Source of the DNA: Folioceros fuciformis
Lineage: Eukaryota
Assembly (NCBI GenBank): GCA_049999805.1
Contig: JBNGIO010001946.1
Coordinates: 1 to 39,897 of the forward strand
Length of the DNA: 39,897 nt
Direction of reading: 5' to 3'
Shown: piece after piece, positions 9,040 to 22,000 of the stretch
Position numbering within the stretch: the stretch's first letter is position 1
Layout: every line of letters begins with the position of its first letter
Made by a program: the position numbers and the translations under genes
Notes under the pieces: generated by a model
The model's input: only the letters and a program-made list of their open reading frames with translations
Databases searched by the model: none
What the model was told of the DNA's origin: nothing

Positions 9040-10498
9040 TCCGAGGCTGTTGACTTGCAGGGGGTGGTGTAGGGCAACGCAGGCGCTGGTAGAGCGTGCT
9101 CCAAGCTCCATCACCCGCCACAGTCCTTGCATGCATCCCGCATGACCATTGCCCTGAACAAACCCACCTTCCAACTGTATGGAGCGGCAAGCGTATCCCC
9201 ATCTCCGGAGGCCGGGCAAGTTCATGAACGGGTTACGCACCTTGGGATGTACAGGGAGAATGTGGACAGCGTGCTCAACGATTCGGGATTGATGAGATAT
9301 CTTCCCCTCGTTCTCCATACTGTATTATGATTTCATTTCCCCTCCCATCGTGCTCGCATTAGGTGGGAGCTCCCATCCCGATGACCAGGAGCCGCTAACC
9401 ATCTCGGGCCACGCCGCAGTGCCCAGAACACGCAGGTGATGGACAAAGCTCCTCGGGTTCATGCACATGGACAAAGATGTATGCAGACATGTATATACCT
9501 TACCGCATGCCGTCATATCTTCAAGAGCCTTATTGCAGGAGGGTAGTTCTGGCGTGTTGCGTCAACCTTTCCCCGTGTTCAGAACTTGCACAGACAGCGA
9601 TGGTGGGACCAGATTGCGCCACATTCTCTGACACCATCTTCTGCGGCACGGACACGAATCCAAATGCCCAGTTCTCATTGGCCGACACCTTTTGGACGGA
9701 AGCCACAGCTTTGGTTGCAGGGTTGAACTGCCCCCTAAGTCTGCAGCGAATCCCAGCTGTGTCACAGGCTGCCGCCACCAATGCCCTTCGCCTTTGCGCG
9801 GGCCCTGATTCGAGGGCGAGCCCATCGGCCGTTCTGTCGCTCTCAACGCGCTCATCTCTCATCCTGTACATCAATATTTAATGTTTGTCAGTAATGGACT
9901 GTGCGAAATAAAACTTCGCAAGCTCTGCAAATGAAAACTTGCCGAATTCCTCCCTGACATGCCAAGTGGCTTTTCCCCTGATCAAAACGGTGAGATACTA
10001 TGGAGCAGGGAGGAGCTGAGGTGCTCGTTGCTATGAGACAATGCTGGAGTTCTGCTGCTCTGCCGTGTGCTTCCTTGTCCACAAACTGGTGCACACATTG
10101 TATGCGACGCCATTCGCGCAGGCATGTGTGATTTTTTTCTGCAATGCCGTAGGTCTCATAATCCACTTTGGTGTGCAATAGCGGGGTCGTCCAGGGCAAG
10201 TGAGTTTGCAAGGCTTGGGGTTGCTGCTCCTCCTTTCTCTAGCAAGCGGGTGAACGCTTTGGAGAATCGGCACGGGCACATAGAGCCCAAGAGCCAGAGG
10301 GAAACTCTTGTCGACCGAAGACGTGGTAGCAGTTTCCAATTGGGATGGCTGATCAAAACCCTCGCAGTTCTCTTTCTTCACAATCATAGGAATTTTTGTG
10401 CATATAGTAAGCACCTGCATCACGGAGAGGTGGAACAGTCTTTGAACTGCTTTTCCGCCAATAATTACGGCGGTGGTGGAGACTTGTGTTTCTCCAAA

Positions 10499-12773
10499 AT
10501 GTACTGGGATGACCATGTCGATGTGATCGATATTGAAGCGTTGTGGTCTCATCCACTTGTGCAAGCTCAGTGGCTTAAGGCTGGGGAGCTCCCCGGGCGG
10601 AAAGTGCGGATGTCAACAAACTCGGCAGGCCAATCTCATGTAACTGACGCTGAGATGAGGGTAAATGTTCAGGCATGCCCAATTTTTTTTTTTCTTTTTG
10701 TCAGGTTGATGTGGAATGACCTTGGCAAATTCCATTCAGGCTTTGACGGAGATCACAATCAGCAGGCATTTCACTGGACTTGATCCTGTAAGAGTCTGAG
10801 CCTTGGAGCATGTTTTAAGTCTGGCTGCCCTAGAACTCTACTGTTGAATTCAGGTCTGATGCTGTTCCGCTTGGTCTGCATGGTGTTTCCGGAGCATGGC
10901 TTTTTTGATTGTGCAAAGTGAGGTGCGAGCACTAAACAGCGCATTTCATCAGGTGATGATCTGTGCCATAGCGGACGTTGAAAGTAGCAGGTTGCCCCTT
11001 GCGTATCGCTATGAGATCAGTGTGCAAGAAGCAAGCACAGGGCTCATGCAAACTCTGCAATCTACTGCTGAGTGGCTCGCCAGGTGTGCGTTTATCCTCA
11101 CTCAGACCCGCGTTATGAGATTTTGGGACCATTTTGTCATGGCGCTAATGCCCGGAGCTTGTTGTGGTAGTGTAGGGATATGGGGTATAGATTCTATGGA
11201 GCCAATCACCAACTTCAAAGCCTGTATCGGCCGTTTGTTAGCGTCTATTTTGGTGCGGCATATGTGAAATGGCTTTCAACCTATGCTGGCAAGTATGTGA
11301 TGCCGCAACTCTTTGTCATTCTTAAAATTGAAATTCTTCGTGTCTTTATGTGACATTATCTCACTCTGTAGTATGTTCGTGTGCAGGAGCAGGAGTGAAG
11401 AATTTATTGTTAGAGGTTACAATGGAGGGCCGAACGGGGTAACCAGTCAATCCACTGCGTACTACTGGAGGAAGTACTGCTTAGCAAAGCAGCGTTGGGC
11501 AAGGTAAGCATCGTGACAAAACGGCTGATTGTTATGAGAGATTTTCTACTGTTCATGGTTCATGCATCTGGTGGGCACCTTTAGGAAATTGTAAGACAAG
11601 ACGTGGTATGACACTACTAGAATTTGTGTGCCAGGGTGTTTAGTGCAAGGCCGGCTGTGGCTGCAGTTCCTGTTCCAACCAGTGCGATGATACAACCCAG
11701 CACACTTGATGTTGGTGACAAAGATGGAGTCGTTCCAGAGCCTGGTTTGTCCTTTACCTCCTTGAACTGTAACTGCACCAATCTCTTTGCAGTAACCAAA
11801 TGGCTTCTGTGGGTAGTGCGGGAGTGGACCTACTGGGATGAAAAATCATGTCGAGAGGACCTGGATGAGCTTTGGAAACATTCTGAAGTGAGGCAGGAGT
11901 GGGAAAAGGCTGGAGAGGTGAGAGGAAAAGTACGATTTTCAAGAGATTCAACCCTACAGCCTTATCTGACGAAATCAGAGCTGAAGGTAATAGGCATATT
12001 CAGTACCAGTGTGTCTCAAGTTGTGTGCTTACATTTGGAATGACAAATCTAGTTGGAATCGGTCTCTAGAAGATGTTTCTGATGGCCAGCATGACTTAGG
12101 CTGTCGCAAGCATCATATCAAAACGACATCTCCCCCATACAGGCGTTGATCCTGTAAGTCTTTTTTCTTGCCAGTGCTTTGTGCTTAATTCGGAGCGAAG
12201 TAACTGCTCTGCATAGACAGACTAAGGCTTGGTTTTCTGCGACGATATTGCCCTTGTTGTAGGCCATGCTATGCAGAATTGCAGAGATTACCAGCAATCG
12301 AAGACTCTACGGACCTGGCTCCACGATTGGCATCATGCGCATCACTTTCAAAACTGCTTCATGGCTCTTCAGGTTCTAATTGATCCCAGGGTTGTACAGA
12401 GACATAGTGTGACCACGTACCTAATATTTTTCAAGATTTTTTTCCACTTGGCAGGGACATGGGTTTCTCATGGTACGAATTGGAACATCCGGAGGATCTA
12501 TCTCAGCCATTCGTGTCCATGTACTTTGGGGCAGCATACGTTAGCTGGCTGTCAAAATACGAAGGAAGGTAAGGGCTGTGGCATGACAGGGCTAGTGAAT
12601 CCCCAATCCCATTGTTCCTCGTTGTGTGCTGATTGGCTGTCCTTTGCAGGGAGCAATCAGATGAGTTCATCGTTCGGGCCTACCATGGGGGTCCTCAAGG
12701 TGCTGACAAGCCGGAAACGCATTCCTTTTGGTTAAAGTATATCGGGATCCAGGTTGGTGATGCCAGTGGATGA
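10499..12773 (+). CDS. Tandem SLT (lytic transglycosylase/lysozyme-like) domain protein, At1g16290-like
   Basis: Ten GT-AG exons assembled. Domain 1: MYWDDHVD..LWSHP..WLKAGE, MICAIADVESSR, STGLMQ, RPFVSVYFGAAYVKWL, RGYNGGP. Domain 2: YWDEK..LWKH..WEKAGE.RGKVRFSRD, QPFVSMYFGAAYVSWL, RAYHGGP. Stop TGA 12771-12773; a further terminal exon is possible. Confidence 0.9.
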
Positions 12774-13617
12774 CAAGGATATTCATAGATGCGCCAACTT
12801 TTGTAATAGGCAAGAACCGTGGCAGATGTATATACGGAAGTGTACGCTGTATTATAGTAACGTACTATCAGATTATGAAGATTGTTTATCTGCGCTTTGC
12901 GAAGTGAGTGCAAACAAGTTCCGTGGCTTTCCTCGTGGGACAGGCAAATTGCAGTCTTCTAAACATTTCTTCCGTTCTCGTGGGACCATGGGCTGTTGAT
13001 ACCATCGCAAGCGGCGTTAACCAATGATTACGAACAGTTGTTGGACATAGGGGAGCAAGCATGTAACACCGCGGACACCTCGTATGAAGAAACTGGTGTT
13101 GGTTTTCAGCGTTGAGTTGTCGCTACCGAACGCAGCATTGTTGAACCATGGTGAGAATCCATCTTCGCTGAATGAGTGGTTTCTGGTTTTCAATTGGTGC
13201 TCCAGCCAATCTCCTTCCTGCCTCTGTATTCTGTCAATTCGCGCCAAGCAGATCGGTCGCATTTGTCTCTAATTCTTCGCATAGCGCGCTGTGGTGAGAT
13301 TTGTTGAGCTGGGATTGATCGCGGCCCTTCCCTGTTGTGACATTGTTCGTTCATCTGATCTGCATCTCCTGGATTCTCTATTTATTTGAGATCTGGGATT
13401 CTCTGCACGAGTCGTGGAATATTCACGTATCGCTGTTGCGACATTGTCATTCTGCCGTCTGGATTGTAGGCTGTAATTGGCCCTGTTTTTTCTCCAGCGA
13501 CCAGACATCTCAACTAATATCTGCCTCAATTTTGTTTCTTCTTGAGAGTTCTTCAGTTAACTGCCAATCCTTCAGCTTATCAAAGTAGACATTCATCTTT
13601 TCTCGGTTGATTTTCAG

Positions 13618-15743
13618 GGGAAAGACAATACCTCAATCCATATTCTTGTCACGGTATGCTTCTGGTTATTGCATTAAGTGTTTTCCTCAGTTTTGATTGA
13701 GGGAAACGTGTGGACTATGTTTAAGGTGCAGCATGTTCAGGCATTGTTCCTTTCTCATGATAAGAGCTTGGTTTTCCACTTGTGAACAGGGAGGAGCAGG
13801 GTATATCGGGTCACATGCATGTCTTCGTCTTTTGGAGGATGGATACACCGTGACAGCTCTGGTATTGCTGAATCTTGGTCAGGAGTTCATAATTATCGTT
13901 TTACTTCCATAAAGTTCTCCCAAGTTGTCTTCGATGTACTCAACCAAGGCGGTCTCCACTTATTGATGCAGGATAACTTGTTCAGAGGGAATCTTGGTGC
14001 TATTGAAGTGCTGAAGGGCCTTGCAAAACCAGGGAAATTTTACTTTTATAATGCCGATATTTGTGATCTGCAGAATGTATCCACATTTTATTTTCTTTAG
14101 TTTTCTGTTCTGTTTTGTGCCAGTAAGAAGTCCCCCCAAGTTTGCTGTTCTGCAAATTTTTGTTGACCAGTTTTGTTATCCTTCAAACAGAATGGAGTAC
14201 ATGCTTGTCATGAATGTGATATGACAGGTTGCCATCCTTAACTGTGAGGGATAGCTGCACAAGATTTTTTCAGAAAATCATTTCGATGTGGTGATGCACT
14301 TTGCAGCTGTGGCATATGTTGCGGAGAGCATGAAGAAACCATTGCTGTGAGTGAGCCGCTGATTGTCTCTGTTTGGGAAAGTTCACACTTCGTAACGTGC
14401 TTCACCGTGTTGTGGCTAGGATACAGTTACTACAGACTCAATACCGGAAACGTGTCCAACATTCTTGATGCCATGCGAGTGCATAATGTTACACGGTTTA
14501 TATACAGCAGCACCTGTGCAACATACGGAGAACATGACCAAATGCCCATCACAGAGACAACGCAGCAGGTAAGAAAAGACCAGTCGACTCAAATCTGCAA
14601 CGATTGCTCCTTGGCTGACAACCGTGTTGATTCCCCTCACTTCGAAACCTTTTTGGGAATAGATTTACTTGCTATTATTTATGTGAATGTCTGGTTGTGG
14701 TTCAGAATCCTATAAACCCCTACGGCAGATCAAAGAAAATGGCGGAAGAAATCATTCGAGACTACGGAGCATCTGTTCCTGGATTCTCTGCAACCATTCT
14801 GAGGTAACTGTACTTCATCTTGTTGAAGATTGTTGCACTATTTCATAAAACCTCTTCATGTGTGATCTCAATTACAACTGCTACCCATGGCGTCAGATAC
14901 TTCAACGTGATTGGGTCGGATCCCGAGGGTCGACTTGGAGAAGCACCCTCCCGCGACTCTCAGCTATATTCACGTATAACTGGAGCATGTGTCGATGCTG
15001 CCTTTGGACGTGTACCTTCCATTAAGGCAAGTATTTGTAATTGCTGCATTTACGTTCGCTGTAGGGTGTACTAACCATGTATGTACACTGTAGTGTGTAT
15101 GTAGTGTGTGATAACCTTGTCAAATGATACTGCAGATTTTGGGGACTGACTTTGGCACTCCAGACGGCACATGTGTGAGGGATTATATCCACGTGACAGA
15201 CTTAGTCAATGCTCACATGGCTGCAATGGAGCACTTGCAGCCTGGCCGTATTGAAACTTTCAATGTCGGAACAGGGCACGGTTAGTCACGCAGCAGTTTA
15301 CACCGATGATTTCGAACCATCAAGTTGAAACAAGACGTGCATGAGTTATCTACCTTCTGAGGCAGGTGCATTCGCTATGTTTCGCAGGGAAATCTGTTCG
15401 GGAGTTCGTTTCAGCGTGGTTGACGGTTACAGGTCTGCCAATCAAGGTTAGTTTGCCGTCGTGATGATGTACGTAGATAGCCAAGCTGGTGGCCATGATT
15501 AGTTGCAAATAAGACAATCGTTGGCAAAAGCAGATCGAAGAAATCAGCGAGAGAAGGCCTGGAGATTACTCAGAAGTATATTGTGACCCCTCGAAGATAC
15601 AGAAGGAGCTTGGTTGGAAGGCTACCTTTACCGATCTAGAGGAAGCACTGAGCACAGCTTGGAAATGGCAGAAAGCACATCCAGCTGGCTACGCTTCCAG
15701 CCCAGAAGTCAACGGGACTGGGGAAAGGAAGCATGGAGAATAG
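13618..15743 (+). CDS. UDP-arabinose 4-epimerase (UDP-xylose 4-epimerase; MUR4/UXE-like SDR); first exon(s) upstream of 13618 unresolved
   Basis: Spliced [59 protein letters not shown] (YxxxK), [63 protein letters not shown]; stop TAG 15741-15743. Confidence 0.92.
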
Positions 15744-16074
15744 ATTCCACACGAGCCCGAAGACACACCTCGAGCCCTGGCCTGGTGGACGATCTTAGTC
15801 GTTAGTTTTTCTCATGGAAGATTTGCAAACACGATAATTGGACATTGCATCTACTTCTCAAACGGGCTCTTAGCGCAGGTATGGTAAAATGCTTCCTTGG
15901 AGGCAAAGTTCTTTCCACCATGCGATATTACATTGTCGCGAAAGTTTGTTACCGAAATCCTCCCAATTCAGGGAGCGGACGTTCATCGTGAGCGCAAAGA
16001 GAGAAAACAGAGATCAAACGAAATCTGATCAATAGCTAATACAACGACGTGGTTCCGAGAGAAGAATGTAAGCC

Positions 16075-19000
16075 TTAAGGCTGTTGGGCAGGGGCGTAAA
16101 CCGTGTACCCATTGTGCCCTAGTGAAAACCCCGAGCACTCCGGGGACAGGTGGTGACTGTGAACCAAGGGGAACCCCATGAGAGTGTCTAGACCATTTCT
16201 TAGACTGCTACTAGTATTGCCACCAGGCATGCCTCCATTGCCCATCGGCCAGTAGTGTGTTGGCACCCCCTCCAGCCCACCATGCTGGCTATGCAACCTG
16301 CCAAGAGACGTGTGGGTGAAAGGTGCTTGAAACCGGACCGGTTCCCGAACTCCGTTGCTCACTCTCTCGTCACTTACGTGAAGCCGGACGCGCTCGTCCT
16401 CAGACCCCCTTCCTCTCTCTCCTCTTTCAGAGTCACCCACACCATTGGATGTTACTTCTGGACGCAGCTGCCCGTAGCCCAGTTTGTGCAACGGCGACGG
16501 TAAAGACATCTGCCGCATCTGCCGATGGAAGGTGGGATTCGATTGTTGCTGAAGCATTGCAAGAGCTTGGGTCAGACCCTGGTCTTCATCCAGCAGTTCG
16601 TTGATGATGTCAAGATGAGGGAAATCCTCTGGACCTGCAACTGTACTCAGCGCACTAACCACTGTTTCAATGCACCTGGAAGACATCACTCCATTCTCTG
16701 CACGCCCCTGAAGCTGCATTGGATGGCGATGAAGATGTTGCGGAGGTTGTCGAGAAATATGTTCCTGAGTTTGGACCCGAAGATTTTGAACCCGCTGCTG
16801 TATAACAGCGTCAGAATGCATTGCTGAATCTTGCTGTAGCTGTTGTACCCGCTCCTCATGATGTTGCTGCTGTTGGTGCAACACTTCAGGAGTAACAGTC
16901 CCAAAAGTCAAGAGACTTGCTCCTGTGAGAGCTGTGGCAGAAGAAATAGGAGCGGACGAAAAGGCTGGACCAGAATTTCCGTCCCCCTTGAGGCCATTAC
17001 CCATCACCGTGGCATGCCCTGGTCCAGTAACTACCTTTTGAGAGGGCGTTGGAGGTGGGGAAGGCATCCCTGCAATCCCAGAAATACCAGAAGCCGTGTG
17101 CATCGCCTGGTTGCTCACATATGCGTACCCATTTACACCTGAATTGGGCACAACAGAACCACTGCTACTCTGCACAGAGTGAACTGAAGAACTCGACGAG
17201 GAAGCCCTCATCTTGCCAGCTGCTGCATTCCTGTATGATGGAGTAACTGGTGGACTTATTGTTGTTGAACCGCTGACCGAAGAGCCCACATCAGTTCCTG
17301 CAAGTCTACCCGCAGCACTCAGAGAACGTGACAGAGAAGTGGGATGATGAGCATTAGCCGGTGGAAGCCCTGGGCGAGAACCAGATGAACTTCCAGGCCT
17401 AGATGTTCCCGTGGATTGCACCACTGGGGTGGAAGAAACGAGCACTCCTCCACAACCAGCAGAAGTCTCCTCAATCCCAGAGTTTGGCAATCCAGTTATA
17501 GGTGAAGTTCCAATTCGGGGAGGCCGGGTGGAGTCAACACTTCGACTTCGAACTGGAGCAGGTGATCGTATTGGCTCAGTTTTAGTTGAACCCTGAACAT
17601 AGCTGTTGTCTCCAGGAGCTGCAAATGAGGCACTTACCCCGACTACAGCGGGACTACCTGTCTGGTCACTTGTCAAAAGCCTGCTAGACCTCTGGCTTCC
17701 CCCACTTGTACAACTCTTATCAGGATGGAAGGGCTCTCCTGAGTCTGATCTGGTCAACGATGTAGGCACGTCTGTCCTACCCTCATCGGCTGGGGTCTGG
17801 CCTGCTGAGCTGGTATCACACACTCTAGCTAAGTGATTCTGATGCGCCGAATCATCTACCTTAACACGATTGTTGATGCCATCACAACCCAAGAGGTGTT
17901 GATGCAAGCTAACTTGCAATCTTGCTATTTCCTCGTCCTGCAGTATAATATGTCATGTAAGAGTGCTGCCCAAGAGCATCTAAGACCTATGACACATAGA
18001 ATGGACAAGCAGTAACACCTCTGGGTTATTACACAAACCTTCTCTACTAGACGCTGTTCTAGCCATCGGACTCGCACCTTTAGCGAGAGAATCACAGTCT
18101 CTGGATCTAAACCTGCTGAGCTGCTGCTGGCTTCTGCATTGCCGCTGGTGTCCAAACTACCAGCGCGCATCAAGCCTTCTGCTTCTATAAACCGCCCATC
18201 ATTGTCATACGCATCAGTGTCTATCCTGATCCGTCCCCTGTATCGAACACATAAAGTCAGCACCACGAAGAGTGTAAGTGAGAGGAAAATGAACTTCACA
18301 GTGCGCTTCAGACTAAAACTAAATAGGATACTTGATAATTTTTTAAATCAACCAAGTACAGGACATAAACTTCAACGCACCATACTATCTGCAGCATGCT
18401 CTCTATTAAACCGGGGCCATATTAGACAGGCATAACAAGTACTGGAATCAATCCAAATTGAAAGTGTTAGGTACCTGCTAGATAAGGTGTGATTCTGTTC
18501 TGGCAAATTAGGTCTTCCATATGTCCCATTCATGGTAGGCCGCACTGATTGTAGAGAGTCTGATGAACAAGTTGATGAACTGTCATCTAAAGCCGCTTGA
18601 TTCTTCCTGCCAATCCTCCCACTTCTTAAAGAGGTATCTTCTGACAAAGCTCCGCTGAAACTTGCTTCCATCCCATGCTGAACATACGAGATTTCCCTGT
18701 CCCAGGATGCACGGTCTAAATCCCCATCTTCTAAAGCAGGAGCTAGGGTCCCCACAACATCATCTACAGTGTCCAACCCGCTTAAATCATCATCATCCTC
18801 CATTTCGGCAGTGACCAGAGAAACTGGTTCCCGTTGTTTTGTAAGATGGTCTTTCGACACTCGGCTGCCTACTAACTCCTGCCTTTGTCTTTGCTCCTGC
18901 TCTGACCTGCTTCTTTTTTCCTCTGCTTCTTTATCTTTCTCTTTGCGGTCTTTTCTCCTTTGTTTCGCCTAAGGACAAAAGAGCAGGTAGACCCGATGAT

Positions 19001-22000
19001 TAGGCAAGGCTCCAAGGGCATCACAAACAGAAATTGCACCAAAATGAGCACACAATACACCAAACTTCCTCAAAGCAATCAGTCCTGATCTAGGTGTAAA
19101 GACAGAATTGAACTTCTGAAGATGATCAACCATGAAACACTGGCCAACCTGCTTTTTTCTGGACCGTTTCTCCTTCTCAGCCGCCTCACGCTTTGCTCGA
19201 AGCTCATTTTCCGCCTGTCCCGCAGCTTCTTCTTCCCGAATAAGCTCCTCTTGTCGGCTCAGAGCAACAGCCTCTCTGTATGCGACCTCCACACGATTAC
19301 TGCAGACCAGAAATTAGACACGAAGCATGTGAAGCGTGTCACTTCGCACCAGTGTTGCAGCACCCACCCATGACTTAAAGAAGTGCCATCTCTGTCATCT
19401 TCTGTAAAGTGACAGCCCCTGTCTTACAACACTCTAGTTTGTTCGTTGACAAACGCTCAGCGTGAAAAAAGGTCTGTATAAATGCTGTGGCTGTCCTTAC
19501 GACCATGAAAGAACAGCCACAACCGGTGATAGTTCCTCGACTCACAAGATTAAAAAAACAAACTGCATCACTACGTTCTCCTGTAACAATTGACATGCGA
19601 AAGGCTCCAACCATGCTAAAATGCTAAACTGCAGTAAAAAAAATCTCGAAAGAGCCTAATAGCACCAGAAGAAAGTGTCCATTCCATGATTCCAACAAAA
19701 CCCAGCACACTAAACATGGAAGTAACAGGAAAAGTACCTGAAAAGGTGAGCTAATACAAACATTTCGACTGTGCGCCTTCCCAGCTCTGTCAACCTCCTC
19801 TCGTCACGTTCCACGGAATCTCTCCCAAAGTCATCTCCCGAGCCACCATCCTGCAGCGAAGACGTGATGCAGAATGACTGAACCAAAATAGAAATTGCTG
19901 ACGCAACTCAGACATGACAATACTAATGATAAGACCGACCACCCTTTGTTCTACTGCCAGAGGTTGCTCAGCAAAATCTCAGTGTCTACCATACCCTGGA
20001 TGAGTATAACAGATAACACTCCGTACCTTTGTCCTGTTCTGGGGGCCCTTGTCATCCTTGTAGGGGGGTAGTGATTCGCTTGCAGCTCTTTCAAGTAAAG
20101 CAAGGACATCACCAGCCAATACAAAGGTATCCTTGTCAACCAAGACGATGGGGTTTACTGTGTCTTCCATTTCTACTCCATTTATTTTTCCTTTCTTGTT
20201 TCTGCTGAGGTAATCCAATGCCTTGCACCCACTGTACAGGGCATCCATGACCAGCGTGGATGTAACTTCCTTCTCATTGAAGAATCGCTTCACCACAGCT
20301 TTCAGGATAACATCTGCCTTCTCCCGAGAAAGACCACAGCGACGGTCTTCTTCTACTTTCAACCAGAAAGCTTGAAAACTGTGAAGATTCTATAGAGATT
20401 TAGTGAACAAGAACTCAAGTCATGAGGACAAGCTGCCCTTGTCCTGACATCCTGAGAGACCTTTCCCTAGTGCAGGGAATGACGCTAAGAAAATTCTAAA
20501 GCCTTAAAAGCCTTCACATTACAAGGACTGATATCTAACAAGCTAATTAAGATAGCACACCTGATCCGCCTGACTATGAAAACAAGGTTCTATAACCAAT
20601 TAAGGACACTTACACCAAGGACCAATAGAGCAGCGAGCTCGTTAAAGTGGCATACCTGGTCCACCTGACGGTGTCCTCCATGAGCTTTCCCAACTTGTCC
20701 TTCTTTTCTTCCACAAAACGGCGACAAATGCCTTCGACATTGGTTAAATAGACCCGAACCAACTCCCTTCTGTACTGACAGTCCAAGCATCGAAAAGGCC
20801 GGTGAGGGTTCTCCCTGCACATCAGAAAGACAGATTATTTAAATATTTCCAACCCGACGGCGTAAACAGACCCGTACGGGGATACAACCCGTGTCACCTA
20901 GTATGATGAAAAAAAAATCCTCACACATGTTGCAATGGTTTGTTTCCAGCACACGGACAGAAAGAAGCCTGCAACTCAAACAATGTAGCTTCAAAACACC
21001 TGATAACTTGAACTTGAGCTTTGATGACAAGAGTATCAGCAACTGTGAATCCATCCAGGACCTTCGACAGTTCCATAAACTTCTTCCATCCCCAGTCATG
21101 TTCCTTTTTGCAGAACCGGTGTAAAGTGTCTACAGATAGGGCAGTAAGAGTAAGCAGAGCAGGCAGAATCGTGTACCTAAAAAAAGGAACTGCAATGCCA
21201 AAAGCGCTAGCCACAATAACTGCCAAAATCCGTTGTCACAGCTCAAGTGAAATGCATGCTTGCAGAACTCACTTGACCCACCTGAGTACTTTGATTTTTT
21301 AGGGTCCTTGTTCACAACAGCAATCGTGAACTGAGCAAAATGACTCCAACCTGACCACCAACAACAACAAGGCCAGCATGGTCCACCAGGTTAGAGAAAC
21401 TGCCGTCGTGCAGGCCCCCGTTACCGGAGAATCTGAAGTCAGTTGCACCCTTTCTTCTCGAGCACTTTTCCAACAGTCAAAGCAATGCGCATCTACACAA
21501 CAAGAAAATGAAACACAAGGCTACCTGGAAGAAGTTTGTCATAATCTGCCACACATAAGAATAGCGAGAGGTGATTACACACATCGCAGCCTTGAGGGTA
21601 TACTAGGATATACCTGCCAAGAAATGCAGACATTTCCATGTCCCGAGATGGAGAGAAATTAAAAATAAAAATAAAAAACGACCAGGAGCCCACCAACAGC
21701 GAGACTGGCCAAACAACAGATCCCTTACCACTTGTATCCCCCAACTTCAAAAACGTTGCTCCTCAATTCCCTTTTGCTGATCTCGGAGAAGTTCTCAATC
21801 TTCCAGGTGAATTTTCCATACAAGTCAGACGGTTTCGGCCCTGCACAACAAAAAGAGCCACCCAAAGGATGGTGAATGAATCCAGCGTCAGACACTCCAA
21901 CCATGATTTTGCACGACAGACAGACTGTTTGGACTTCTCCACTATCTGGTTCTGAGATAGTGATACATCTGCGGTATTTGAATGCACAACGAAAACCTGG

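Noticed and set aside
9325-9516. SAND-like motif (CMNPRSFVHH) on the - strand
   Set aside because: Isolated short match with no ATG-supported or spliced context.
13084-13588. ORFs as the N-terminal membrane anchor of the epimerase
   Set aside because: Hydrophobic stretches exist, but I could not build a convincing in-frame splice path to 13618; left unresolved.
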